From NCBI GenBank assembly GCA_035939025.1, contig DASZGG010000244.1, forward strand, positions 1 to 32,939: a stretch of 32,939 nt of DNA, written 5' to 3'. The notes beneath the pieces are model-generated. The model saw only the letters and a list, made by a program, of their open reading frames with translations. It was not told the DNA's origin and searched no databases. Below, one piece after another: positions 1-7,443 of this stretch. The position numbers were made by a program, and so were the translations under genes. The stretch comes from Chthoniobacterales bacterium. Its GTDB lineage: Bacteria > Verrucomicrobiota > Verrucomicrobiia > Chthoniobacterales > JAFAMB01. Every line of letters starts with the position of its first letter. Within the stretch, counting starts at the first letter, position 1.

Positions 1-1298
1 GGATCCGAGTCAAGCTGCTTGACTCCAAGACTGATGCGCTGATTGACTTTATCGATGTCCAGCACGATGGCCTCAATCTCGTCGTTCTTCTTCAGCACCT
101 CGCTCGGGTGATTGATCTTGCGCGTCCAGCTCAGATCTGAGACGTGGATCATGCCATCGATCCCCTCTTCAAGCTCAACAAACGCGCCATAGGCTGTCAT
201 GTTGCGAATCTTGCCCGTTACGCGCGACCCGATGACATACTTGTGCTCGATTGCATCCCATGGGTTAGGCTCGAGTTGGCGAACGCCGAGAGAGATTTTC
301 TGTTCCTCTTTGTTGACGCCGAGAACAACCGCTTCGATCTCCTGACCTTGGGCGAGGACGTCTGACGGGCGGGTGATTCGCTTGGTCCAGGAAAGTTCGG
401 AAACATGGATTAGTCCTTCAACACCTTCCTCGATTTCGACAAACGCTCCGTACGGGACAAGGTTTGTCACCTTTCCCCGCACCGTGGCACCAACCGGGAA
501 TCTCTCTTCTATCTTGTCCCAAGGGTTACGCTGAGTTTGTTTGAGACCGAGCGATACGCGCTCTTTTTCTTTGTTGATATCGAGAACGACAACATCGATC
601 TCTTGGCCAATCTTGAGAAGTTCGCTCGGATGCGTAAGCCGGCCCCAAGTCATGTCAGTGATGTGAAGTAAGCCGTCCATGCCATCGAGATCGATAAATG
701 CACCGAAATCGGTCAGATTTTTCACCACGCCCTTGACGGTGTCGCCCACCTTGACAATTTCAAGGAACCTGGTCCGTTTTTCGGCTCGCTCTTGCTCGAT
801 GATCTCCCGGCGACTAAGAACGACGTTTTTACGCTCGTCATTAATTTTGACAATTTTAAAGTCGTAGGTGTTACCGACAAACTGCTGCAAATCCTTGGGA
901 GGAACGATATCGATCTGAGAACCAGGGAGGAACGCTTCGACCCCGATATTCACGGTCAAACCGCCTTTGACTACTGCCTTCACCTTACCTTTGATCAGGC
1001 CGTCGCCTTCGAAGACCTTGACAATCTTGTCCCAATTCTGCTTATGAGCGGCCTTTTCCTTTGACAGGACGACCATCCCATCTTCGTTTTCGAGCTTTTC
1101 CAGCAGCACTTCAACTTCATCGCCGACCTCGACTTCGTTCATGTCGTCGAACTCGGAGGAGGGAATCACGCCTTCGGATTTATAGCCGATGTCCACTAGA
1201 ACCTCGCGAGGTCGGATCTCCAAAATCCGCCCTTTAACGATGCTGCCTTCTTTAAAATCGCGCAGGGACTTCGCGATTAGCTCCTGCATTTCTGTCAT
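1..1298 (-). CDS. rpsA: 30S ribosomal protein S1 (N-terminal ~432 codons; the ORF runs off the left edge of the window)
   Basis: Absent from the ORF track because no stop lies inside the window. My translation of the minus strand from ATG 1298-1296 gives MTEMQELIAKSLRDFKEGSIVKGRILEIRPREVLVDIGYKSEGVIP... It continues with repeated S1-domain signatures (FGAFIDLDGMDGLLHITDMTW, YGAFVEIEEGVEGLIHVSELSW, YGAFVELEEGIDGMIHVSDLSW). Confidence 0.95.
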   Translation of the reverse strand, partial: MTEMQELIAKSLRDFKEGSIVKGRILEIRPREVLVDIGYKSEGVIPSSEFDDMNEVEVGDEVEVLLEKLENEDGMVVLSKEKAAHKQNWDKIVKVFEGDGLIKGKVKAVVKGGLTVNIGVEAFLPGSQIDIVPPKDLQQFVGNTYDFKIVKINDERKNVVLSRREIIEQERAEKRTRFLEIVKVGDTVKGVVKNLTDFGAFIDLDGMDGLLHITDMTWGRLTHPSELLKIGQEIDVVVLDINKEKERVSLGLKQTQRNPWDKIEERFPVGATVRGKVTNLVPYGAFVEIEEGVEGLIHVSELSWTKRITRPSDVLAQGQEIEAVVLGVNKEEQKISLGVRQLEPNPWDAIEHKYVIGSRVTGKIRNMTAYGAFVELEEGIDGMIHVSDLSWTRKINHPSEVLKKNDEIEAIVLDIDKVNQRISLGVKQLDSD

Positions 1299-1438
1299 AT
1301 CGTTTACAAACACAAACAAACCACGGTTGCCACAGGTTTCATCTGATCTCGGGCAGCCAACAAACTGGTTGCCTTCACGATATCAGAGGGAAACCGAACT
1401 TAGCCAGAAAACGGCTCTCCGCAAGGGCGGAGTCGAGA

Positions 1439-1490
1439 TTAACCTGCATCGCCCACAAATTCTGAGAAATTTGTGAGCGATGCAGGTTAA
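1439..1490. repeat. Palindromic hairpin element, copy 1 of 2 (23-nt arms, one mismatch, loop CTGAGA)
   Basis: The sequence reads TTAACCTGCATCGCCCACAAATT-CTGAGA-AATTTGTGAGCGATGCAGGTTAA. It is intergenic between rpsR and rpsA. A second copy lies at 24563-24608. Confidence 0.85.
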
Positions 1491-1531
1491 CTCGATTCCA
1501 CTCAAAAGCCGAGTTGCCTGACCCACAAAAC

Positions 1532-1561
1532 TAAAAAGGCGACCAGGGTGCGGCCGCCTTC
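1532..1561 (-). terminator. Putative intrinsic terminator after rpmG-rpsR
   Basis: In minus-strand sense it reads AAGGCG-G-CC-GCACCCT-GG-T-CGCCTT followed by TTTAG, starting 23 nt downstream of the rpsR stop. The stem is short (6+2 bp with an internal mismatch), so support is moderate. Confidence 0.4.
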
Positions 1562-1583
1562 TGAAATTTATGAGAATAGACTT

Positions 1584-1823
1584 CTACTTCATCAGAAGCA
1601 CCGAACGAGCACGCTTGATCTCGCGAGTGATTTTCCGATGGAGATGTGCCGGCATGCCGGTTACCCGCCGAGGAAGGATTTTTCCGCTTTCAGTCACGAA
1701 TTTCTTAAGCAGATCCGGATTTTTGTAGTCGATGGCCTCTGTCGCGATATCGATTCGACGGCGCGGCATGACGCGGTTTGCCCGCCGGAAGTTCGACCTA
1801 CGTTTGGCGTTTTTCGGTTCCAT
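1584..1823 (-). CDS. rpsR: 30S ribosomal protein S18
   Basis: The 79-aa ORF contains [26 protein letters not shown]...[12 protein letters not shown], typical of S18. ATG was confirmed at 1823. Confidence 0.95.
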   Translation of the reverse strand: MEPKNAKRRSNFRRANRVMPRRRIDIATEAIDYKNPDLLKKFVTESGKILPRRVTGMPAHLHRKITREIKRARSVLLMK

Positions 1824-1826
1824 CGT

Positions 1827-2000
1827 TTACTTGACCTCCCGATGCAGGGTGCGGCGGCGCAGGAAAGGATTGTATTTCTTTTTCTCCAGGCGGCCGGGTG
1901 TGTTGGGGCTTTTTTTGTTACGCGTGCTGACGTAACGGGAGACCGGCTTACCTTCCGCTTTCGCTTCCGTGCACTCGAGAGTGATAATGTCCCTTGGCAT
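1827..2000 (-). CDS. rpmG: 50S ribosomal protein L33
   Basis: Below the 60-aa cutoff of the track. My translation from ATG 2000-1998 to TAA 1829-1827 is [57 protein letters not shown] (57 aa), which is L33-like. It ends 3 nt before the rpsR ATG. Confidence 0.9.
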   Translation of the reverse strand: MPRDIITLECTEAKAEGKPVSRYVSTRNKKSPNTPGRLEKKKYNPFLRRRTLHREVK

Positions 2001-2005
2001 GACGG

Positions 2006-2590
2006 CTACTCTTTCGAATCAGTGATGGTGTCTTCTTCTTCGCCTTCGCCACCTTCCTCGTCGGTTAAGCCAAAGAGGGAAGTGACCGGCTGCCGGACTC
2101 GCAAAGCCTTCTTCTGTTTCTCGATTTGAGTCTGGCACTCGACCGTAAATCTGGCGAACGGGATGGCCTCAAGGCGGGCGTGCGGAATTGGTTTGCCCGA
2201 CATCTCGCAGATGCCATAGGTACCGGCGTCGACGCGCTTGAGTGCCTCTTCGATTTCGTACAGAGCGTCTTGCTCCTGGGAGAGCAGACTCAGAGCAAAG
2301 TCGCGATCGTAGGCGTCACTACCGGCATCGGCCTGATGCATACCGAATGCGGAGGCTTCGCTGCCCTCCGCCCGCGAGCGGAGCGTGTCCCGCGATACGC
2401 CCATCATTGAGTCAAGGAGACTATCTCGAAGCTGAAGCAACTTGCTCTTTTGCTTGCGCAGGAACGGAGAAAGCTTTTCGTCGCCATCCTCTTTGCTCGG
2501 CGAGTCCAGTGACTGATTTTCGACTTCGGCCGCATCCACCTGCCCGTTTTCGGACAGCGCGTCCTTCTTTTGTGCTTTTGATTTCGGCAT
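2006..2590 (-). CDS. DksA/TraR-family RNA polymerase-binding protein (atypical zinc-finger region)
   Basis: The C-terminal part ...[46 protein letters not shown] matches the DksA coiled-coil plus finger region. The track ORF starts at a TTG (2659). I prefer ATG 2590 ([10 protein letters not shown]...), but the start is uncertain. Confidence 0.8.
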   Translation of the reverse strand: MPKSKAQKKDALSENGQVDAAEVENQSLDSPSKEDGDEKLSPFLRKQKSKLLQLRDSLLDSMMGVSRDTLRSRAEGSEASAFGMHQADAGSDAYDRDFALSLLSQEQDALYEIEEALKRVDAGTYGICEMSGKPIPHARLEAIPFARFTVECQTQIEKQKKALRVRQPVTSLFGLTDEEGGEGEEEDTITDSKE

Positions 2591-2692
2591 ACCTTGAACA
2601 GAACACTCCTGGTTTTCCGCCAACCGTTCCCAAAGAGGCGGGCGAACATATACTGGCAATTGAATAGAGGTGCAAGGGGAAAGATGCGGGTT

Positions 2693-3496
2693 TTAGGAAC
2701 TTGCGCTCGAGTACCGATTTAGAGCGAATCGCCAAAGGATTCTGGAAGCCAAAAGCATCAGAGCCGAAGCGAGCAGGAGATGGCAAATCAGCCACCAGGG
2801 AGTCGCTGAGGAATTCATCAACAGGCGGGCGGGGACATTGGTTACGACGATTACGGGAATCAACCAACTGAACACGAATTTGATGAATCCCTTGAAGACG
2901 ACATCGGGATAACGAGCGAGGTTCATGATGCTGTAATAGCCCCAGAGCAGTCCCTGTGTCCGGATGATCCAGAAGCTCACTGTCGAAAGGGCGAACATTA
3001 TTGCGTAATGTATCGTGACCCCGACGCATATCGTAGCCAGATAGAGCACGACCTGACCGAGGCCGGGCATCACGTGCAACCGGTACAATGAATAGATAAC
3101 AATCCCGACGCCCACCAGCGCGTTCACGACGCTGTCGAGGCCGAATTGCCGAAATGAGGTCGTGAACTGCCCATCTATCGGTTGCAACAGGATGAAATCA
3201 AACTTCCCGGTTCGAACGAGTTCGGGCAGGTTGATCAGATTGACATAGAAGAATCCTTGAAAGATTTGGCTGATGATCTGATGGGTTCCGACGAGTAAAA
3301 CCATCTGCCACTTGGTCCAATCGCCGATTTGGTCCACGTGACTGAAAATCACATTAATAAAGACCAGTTGACCCACGAACCAAAGCGATTCAACGACCAT
3401 CCATAAGAGAAAGTTCAGCTTGAAACTCATATCCCGAATGAGGGAATTGCGCAGCATCACCGAATAAACGGCCCGGTATTTCCCCACGGTGGACAT
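2693..3496 (-). CDS. ABC-2 family transporter permease (DUF990-like membrane protein)
   Basis: The protein is multi-pass hydrophobic. It contains YRAVYSVMLRNSLIRDMSFKLNFLLWMVVESLWFVGQLVF... and LPELVRTGKFDFILLQPIDGQF, which resemble ABC-2 permeases. Start is set to ATG 3496 (MSTVGKY...), because upstream codons of the track ORF merely translate the heptamer repeat. No ATPase partner lies in the window. Confidence 0.75.
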   Translation of the reverse strand: MSTVGKYRAVYSVMLRNSLIRDMSFKLNFLLWMVVESLWFVGQLVFINVIFSHVDQIGDWTKWQMVLLVGTHQIISQIFQGFFYVNLINLPELVRTGKFDFILLQPIDGQFTTSFRQFGLDSVVNALVGVGIVIYSLYRLHVMPGLGQVVLYLATICVGVTIHYAIMFALSTVSFWIIRTQGLLWGYYSIMNLARYPDVVFKGFIKFVFSWLIPVIVVTNVPARLLMNSSATPWWLICHLLLASALMLLASRILWRFALNRYSSASS

Positions 3497-3506
3497 CGAG
3501 AGCAAA

Positions 3507-3602
3507 GTTTTGAGTTTTGGGTCTTGAGTTTTGAGTTTTGAGTTTTGCGTGGACATCCGCAGCTTACTCAAAACTCAAAACTCAAAACCCAAAACGCGAA
3601 AC
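3507..3602. repeat. Heptamer-armed hairpin element A: 6 x GTTTTGR, 19-nt loop, 5 x YCAAAAC
   Basis: Left arm 3507-3548 reads GTTTTGA GTTTTGG GTCTTGA GTTTTGA GTTTTGA GTTTTGC. Loop 3549-3567 is GTGGACATCCGCAGCTTAC. Right arm 3568-3602 reads TCAAAAC x3, CCAAAAC, GCGAAAC. The element lies 2 nt from the aspartate aminotransferase stop and 10 nt from the permease ATG. Confidence 0.95.
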
Positions 3603-3604
3603 GG

Positions 3605-4783
3605 TCACAGTGTTCGACAGAATTCTTCGAACCGGTCCATGCCCTTCTTGATGACATCCAGGCTCGTGGCATAGCTGAAGCGTAGGGTCCGATCGTCGCC
3701 GAACGCGATCCCTGGAACCACCGCGACATTAGCCTTGCTAAGAAGCCGGTCGGCGAAGTTCTGGGAGGTGAGCCCAAGCTTACTGATATTGACCAGGACG
3801 TAAAATGCGCCGTTCGGACGGACCACGCTCAAGTGGGGCATTTTGGAAAGTCGCTCGAGCATATATTCGCGGCGGAGATTAAACTCATCGCGCATGTCAG
3901 CCACGCTCTGTTGATCACCTCTGAGCGCAGCGAGCGCCCCCTTCTGGGCGAACGAACAGGCATTCGAAGTGCTGTGGCTCTGAATAGAGTCAATTGCCTT
4001 GGCGATAGGCTCGGGTGCACCCAAATAGCCAATGCGCCAACCGGTCATCGCGTATGATTTGCTAAACCCGTTGACGGTGATCGCGAGGTCGTAATACTCC
4101 TGGCCGAGCGATGCGATGCTAACGTGCCTGGTGTCATCGTATACGAGTTTTTCGTAAATCTCATCGGACAGAATAAGTATTTCCTCTTCTGCGGCTACGT
4201 TTGCCAGAGCTTGCAATTCCTCTTTCGTGTATACCGCTCCGGTCGGGTTTCCGGGGCTGTTCAATATGATCATCTTGGTCCGTGGCGTCATGGCATTTTC
4301 AAACTCCTCGGCGGTGAGCTTCCAGCCATCTTCCTCTTTCGTGTAAACGAACACGGGATCAGCCCCGGCAAGACGAACCATCTCCGGGTAACTCAGCCAG
4401 TAAGGAGTCGGAATGATGACCTCATCGCCGGGTTGACAAGTTGCGACAATGGCGTTGTAGCAAGAATGCTTCGCTCCGTCGCTAATGATGATCTGAGATG
4501 GTTTGTAATCGACGCCGTTGTCGATCAGGAACTTGTCCGCGACGGCCTGGCGAAGGTCTGGAATGCCGGAACTGGGTGTATACTTGGTGAAGCCGGATTC
4601 CAGCGCCGCTATCGCAGCCGTCTTGATGTGCTCGGGAGTGTCAAAGTCCGGCTCACCCGCTCCGAAACTGCAAACATCGATCCCCTCCGATTTCATCGCC
4701 TTGGCTTTGCTATCAATCGAAAGAGTGAGAGATGGAGTTAAACTGGTGGCTCTAGAGGAAAGTTGCATAGGAACTATTTTCAC
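3605..4783 (-). CDS. Class I/II PLP-dependent aminotransferase (aspartate aminotransferase-like)
   Basis: The 392-aa ORF contains GEPDFDTP, NSPGNPTG and the SKSYAMTGWRIGY lysine motif. The track start at 4783 is a GTG. ATG 4768 (MQLSSRA...) is an equally plausible start. Confidence 0.9.
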   Translation of the reverse strand: MKIVPMQLSSRATSLTPSLTLSIDSKAKAMKSEGIDVCSFGAGEPDFDTPEHIKTAAIAALESGFTKYTPSSGIPDLRQAVADKFLIDNGVDYKPSQIIISDGAKHSCYNAIVATCQPGDEVIIPTPYWLSYPEMVRLAGADPVFVYTKEEDGWKLTAEEFENAMTPRTKMIILNSPGNPTGAVYTKEELQALANVAAEEEILILSDEIYEKLVYDDTRHVSIASLGQEYYDLAITVNGFSKSYAMTGWRIGYLGAPEPIAKAIDSIQSHSTSNACSFAQKGALAALRGDQQSVADMRDEFNLRREYMLERLSKMPHLSVVRPNGAFYVLVNISKLGLTSQNFADRLLSKANVAVVPGIAFGDDRTLRFSYATSLDVIKKGMDRFEEFCRTL

Positions 4784-4872
4784 GACTATATGTGCCTCGC
4801 TGTCTTTTCAACCAATGAATTCGAAAGAGGATACTGGGTGGGTGCGAAGCTGGTCGCGCTGGGACCGCTTAT

Positions 4873-5703
4873 TTAGGTCTCTGTCCTCTGTACGAGCATC
4901 GTCACCCATTTTCCTCGAACTCTCTTCGCTTCGATTCGTCCACAAAATTCGTTCAGTTTTTCGGTAACAGACTTGACCTGATCGAGCATCAGGCCGGAAA
5001 TGATCAGTCTGCCCCACGGCTTGATGGCCGGCCAAAGTCTAGGTGCGGCTTTCCGGAAGAGATCGCTATACAGGTTGGCGGCCACTATGTCAAAGGTGCC
5101 CTCCGGTCGGTACTTCAGGACGTCCGCACGAAAAAGTTTCAGGCCGCGGACATTGTTCAAATGAGCATTCGCTTTTGCTACTCGAACGGAGGTTGCGTCA
5201 GAATCGAAACCGAGCACCCTTTTTGCTCCGAGCCTTGACGCAGCGATGGCCAGAATGCCGGTTCCTGTACCTGCATCGAGAAATTCCCAATCACTCCTCC
5301 TCGGAGCGATGTCCGCTAAAAGCCGAAGGCATCCGGCTGTGGTGGCGTGCTCTCCCGTTCCGAAGGCGAGGTTGGCCGGTATGTAGATTGTATCCGGATC
5401 TTTGAGCGTGGCCGAACTCGGTTCGTTGTTTACGATCCGCAGCCGTCCCCGAATTGATATCGGCCGCTTTAGAACAACACTTCGGACCCAATCTGCGGTT
5501 GAATGATTGAGGTCGCGAACCTCACCCCCGAATTTTTTCAACAGCAGGATTGATTCATTTGCCGTGATATCGAAAATTTCCAACCGGATCCGGCGCGAAC
5601 ACGCGATTTGCGTGATCACGAGGCGTTCCGCGCCAAGGAAGGCCAGCCTTTCCTGCCATGAGTCGCCCCATTTTTCGCCGCTTAATTTTCTCCAGACGAG
5701 CAT
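4873..5703 (-). CDS. prmA: Ribosomal protein L11 methyltransferase
   Basis: The 276-aa ORF contains AFGTGEHATTAGCLRLL and the SAM-binding motif LDAGTGTGILAIAA, with a PrmA-like overall layout. Confidence 0.85.
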   Translation of the reverse strand: MLVWRKLSGEKWGDSWQERLAFLGAERLVITQIACSRRIRLEIFDITANESILLLKKFGGEVRDLNHSTADWVRSVVLKRPISIRGRLRIVNNEPSSATLKDPDTIYIPANLAFGTGEHATTAGCLRLLADIAPRRSDWEFLDAGTGTGILAIAASRLGAKRVLGFDSDATSVRVAKANAHLNNVRGLKLFRADVLKYRPEGTFDIVAANLYSDLFRKAAPRLWPAIKPWGRLIISGLMLDQVKSVTEKLNEFCGRIEAKRVRGKWVTMLVQRTET

Positions 5704-5757
5704 GCAATCGATATTCCTTGATTACTGCATAACGACTTTCTAGAAGAGGACGCGCAC

Positions 5758-6063
5758 ATGATTCACCACATCATTCTGTACAAACTCAAACCGGAGACCA
5801 CAGCTGAGCATGTCGAGAAGCTCTTGATGCAAACGCGAATGCAGCTTTTGAAGATTCCAGTTGCGATGAACGTGCGATGCGGTCGACGGATTGACCAGAA
5901 GAATGAGTGGCCTTTCTTTCTTGCGGTAGACTTCGACTCGAAGGAGCGGATGGCCATGTTCAGCGAGGACCCGATTTACATCAAATTCGTCGAAGAAACT
6001 ATCAAACCGAATACTCAAGAAGCGCTGGTTTTGGACTATGAGACCGATCCCAAGCGCAAATAG
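5758..6063 (+). CDS. Dabb-family stress-responsive alpha/beta-barrel protein
   Basis: The 101-aa ORF starts MIHHIILYKLKPETTAEHVEKLL... with ...FLAVDFDSKERMAMFSEDPIYIKFVEE, typical of Dabb domains. Confidence 0.75.
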   Translation: MIHHIILYKLKPETTAEHVEKLLMQTRMQLLKIPVAMNVRCGRRIDQKNEWPFFLAVDFDSKERMAMFSEDPIYIKFVEETIKPNTQEALVLDYETDPKRK

Positions 6064-7415
6064 TTATAGATTTTATTGCAGGTGTAATCAATTTCTTCTG
6101 TCTCGATGCAAAAGGGTGGTGTGAAGGACAGAACATTACCGTCCAGGCCTCCTCCAAGAAAGAGCAATCCATCTTTGAGCGCCGACAGGACTATCTGCGA
6201 TGCAAGCTTCGAGTTCGGTGAACCATCCTTCTGAACTATTTCCGCGCCGATCATAAGGCCCAGGCCGCGGATATGCCCAATCTCAGGTGCGGCCAGCGCT
6301 TTAAGCCTGGTTCGAAAATGTTTTCCCAGCGCCTGAACGCGTTTTCCTAAAGTACTATCCAGATGAAGATCGATCGAGGCTAGAGCAATCGCACAGCCTA
6401 CGGGATTTCCCAGGAATGTTGTCGTATGCAGTGCTTCGCCGGCTGAGCGCGGCCACGCGTCCATAATCTCAGCCCGTCCGACGCAGGCCGACAGCGGGAA
6501 GCCTGTCGTGAGTCCTTTTCCCAAGCAGATGAGGTCTGGATAAACACCGAACTGATCACTGGCGAACAATGCACCAGTGCGATTAAACCCGGTGTAAATC
6601 TCGTCGAAAATGAGGAGGATCTTGTAGGTATCGCAAACCTGGCGGAGCATCCTTAGGAAATCGAGCGGAGGCACGACTTCACCGCCGCGTCCCTGGCACG
6701 GCTCGACCACCATACATCCAATTGGCCGTTGGCGAATGGCCAGAACGATTTGATCCTCGATGGCTTCCAAACAGGAGCTCGCACAGTTCGGGAAACGAGA
6801 TCCGTCCAACCGGTATCCTTCTAGTCTTCCAAACGGGCACCGATAACAGTGAGGATAGGGAAGCCAAGTGGTGAAGTCGCGAAGGTGTTGCTGGAACGGC
6901 TCACGAAACCAACGAATACCCATTATCTCTAATGCGCCGTAGCCCAGACCGTGGTAGCCGCCGGTGAAGGCGATGACACCCGGTTTTCCGCTATGGAGCA
7001 GGGAGGTCTTAATCGCGACTTCGACTGCCTCGAAGCCGGAATTGCACAGAGTTGTTTTTCCGGTGCCGAGTCCCCATCGCTCGAAGGTGATTTGGCTTAG
7101 CCTCTGGCAGAGGAGCGCCTTGTTCTCCCCGGGATGCACGTCTCCCATGGCATGCAGCAATTTGGCAGATTGATCGACCAGTGCTGCTTGAATCGAGAAG
7201 TGGGTGTGGCCGTGCGCGACAACTGCGAAGCCCCCGGTAAGGTCCAGGAAGCGATTCTCGTCGACGTCCCAAACATTTGCTCCTGAGCCTCTCTTCCAAA
7301 AAACCGGGAAGTTTGGTCCGATATAGGTCACGTTTCGATTTTCGTATTTCGAAAGCAACGACGCTAATTCAAGCGAGCGCGGGCCGGGGATCGAAGTAAC
7401 GATTTCTGGGAGCAT
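6036..7415 (-). CDS. Class III PLP-dependent aminotransferase (GabT/ArgD-like; substrate unknown)
   Basis: The 459-aa ORF contains GGFAVVAHGH, LIFDEIYTGFNRTG and DLICLGKGLTTGFPLSA (catalytic Lys). Its 3' end overlaps the convergent Dabb gene by 28 nt. Confidence 0.85.
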   Translation of the reverse strand: MLPEIVTSIPGPRSLELASLLSKYENRNVTYIGPNFPVFWKRGSGANVWDVDENRFLDLTGGFAVVAHGHTHFSIQAALVDQSAKLLHAMGDVHPGENKALLCQRLSQITFERWGLGTGKTTLCNSGFEAVEVAIKTSLLHSGKPGVIAFTGGYHGLGYGALEIMGIRWFREPFQQHLRDFTTWLPYPHCYRCPFGRLEGYRLDGSRFPNCASSCLEAIEDQIVLAIRQRPIGCMVVEPCQGRGGEVVPPLDFLRMLRQVCDTYKILLIFDEIYTGFNRTGALFASDQFGVYPDLICLGKGLTTGFPLSACVGRAEIMDAWPRSAGEALHTTTFLGNPVGCAIALASIDLHLDSTLGKRVQALGKHFRTRLKALAAPEIGHIRGLGLMIGAEIVQKDGSPNSKLASQIVLSALKDGLLFLGGGLDGNVLSFTPPFCIETEEIDYTCNKIYNYLRLGSVS

Positions 7416-7443
7416 CAGATGGCATTAACTGCAGGTTGGCATC

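Noticed and set aside
1-6. The window begins with GGATCC (a BamHI site), which could mark a cloning junction of a fosmid or cosmid insert.
   Set aside because: A single 6-mer at the edge is not evidence. The right edge shows no matching site, and the S1 reading frame runs straight through it.
3507-3548. The tandem heptamer arrays considered as a CRISPR array, or the GGG runs as G-quadruplex motifs.
   Set aside because: The units are 7 nt and directly abutting, with no spacers and no cas genes. At most two or three GGG runs occur per arm, separated by T4, with no four-run G-tract. The complementary arm nearby favours duplex formation.
3490-3557. A 9-nt direct repeat GTGGACATC (3490-3498 and 3549-3557) flanking the left arm of element A, considered as a possible target-site duplication.
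   Set aside because: The GTGG part belongs to the conserved loop border also seen in element C (GCGTGGG), which leaves about 5 nt of extra identity. No comparable flanking duplication is seen at elements B, C or D.
3497-3571. An N-terminal extension of the ABC-2 permease ORF (MSKLRMSTQNSKLKTQDPKLKTLLS...), with a TTG start at 3571 or an ATG at 3556.
   Set aside because: These codons are simply the heptamer repeat and loop of element A read in one frame. The homologous permease sequence begins at ATG 3496.
3568-3777. A 69-aa minus-strand ORF ending in ...FAFWVLSFEF.
   Set aside because: It lies antisense or out of frame within the aminotransferase gene end, and its tail is a translation of the heptamer repeat. 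The ORFs at 13177-13401 (MRFGFWVLS...) and 19775-19975 (...EIEFWVLSFGFWVLSF...) are repeat-generated in the same way and overlap real genes.
6036-6063. A 28-nt convergent overlap between the Dabb gene and the class III aminotransferase, and short same-strand overlaps elsewhere (coaE/rho 20 nt, trpB/lonN 8 nt, several ATGA/TTGA junctions).
   Set aside because: Overlaps of this size are common in compact bacterial genomes, and there is no sign of a frameshift or fusion.
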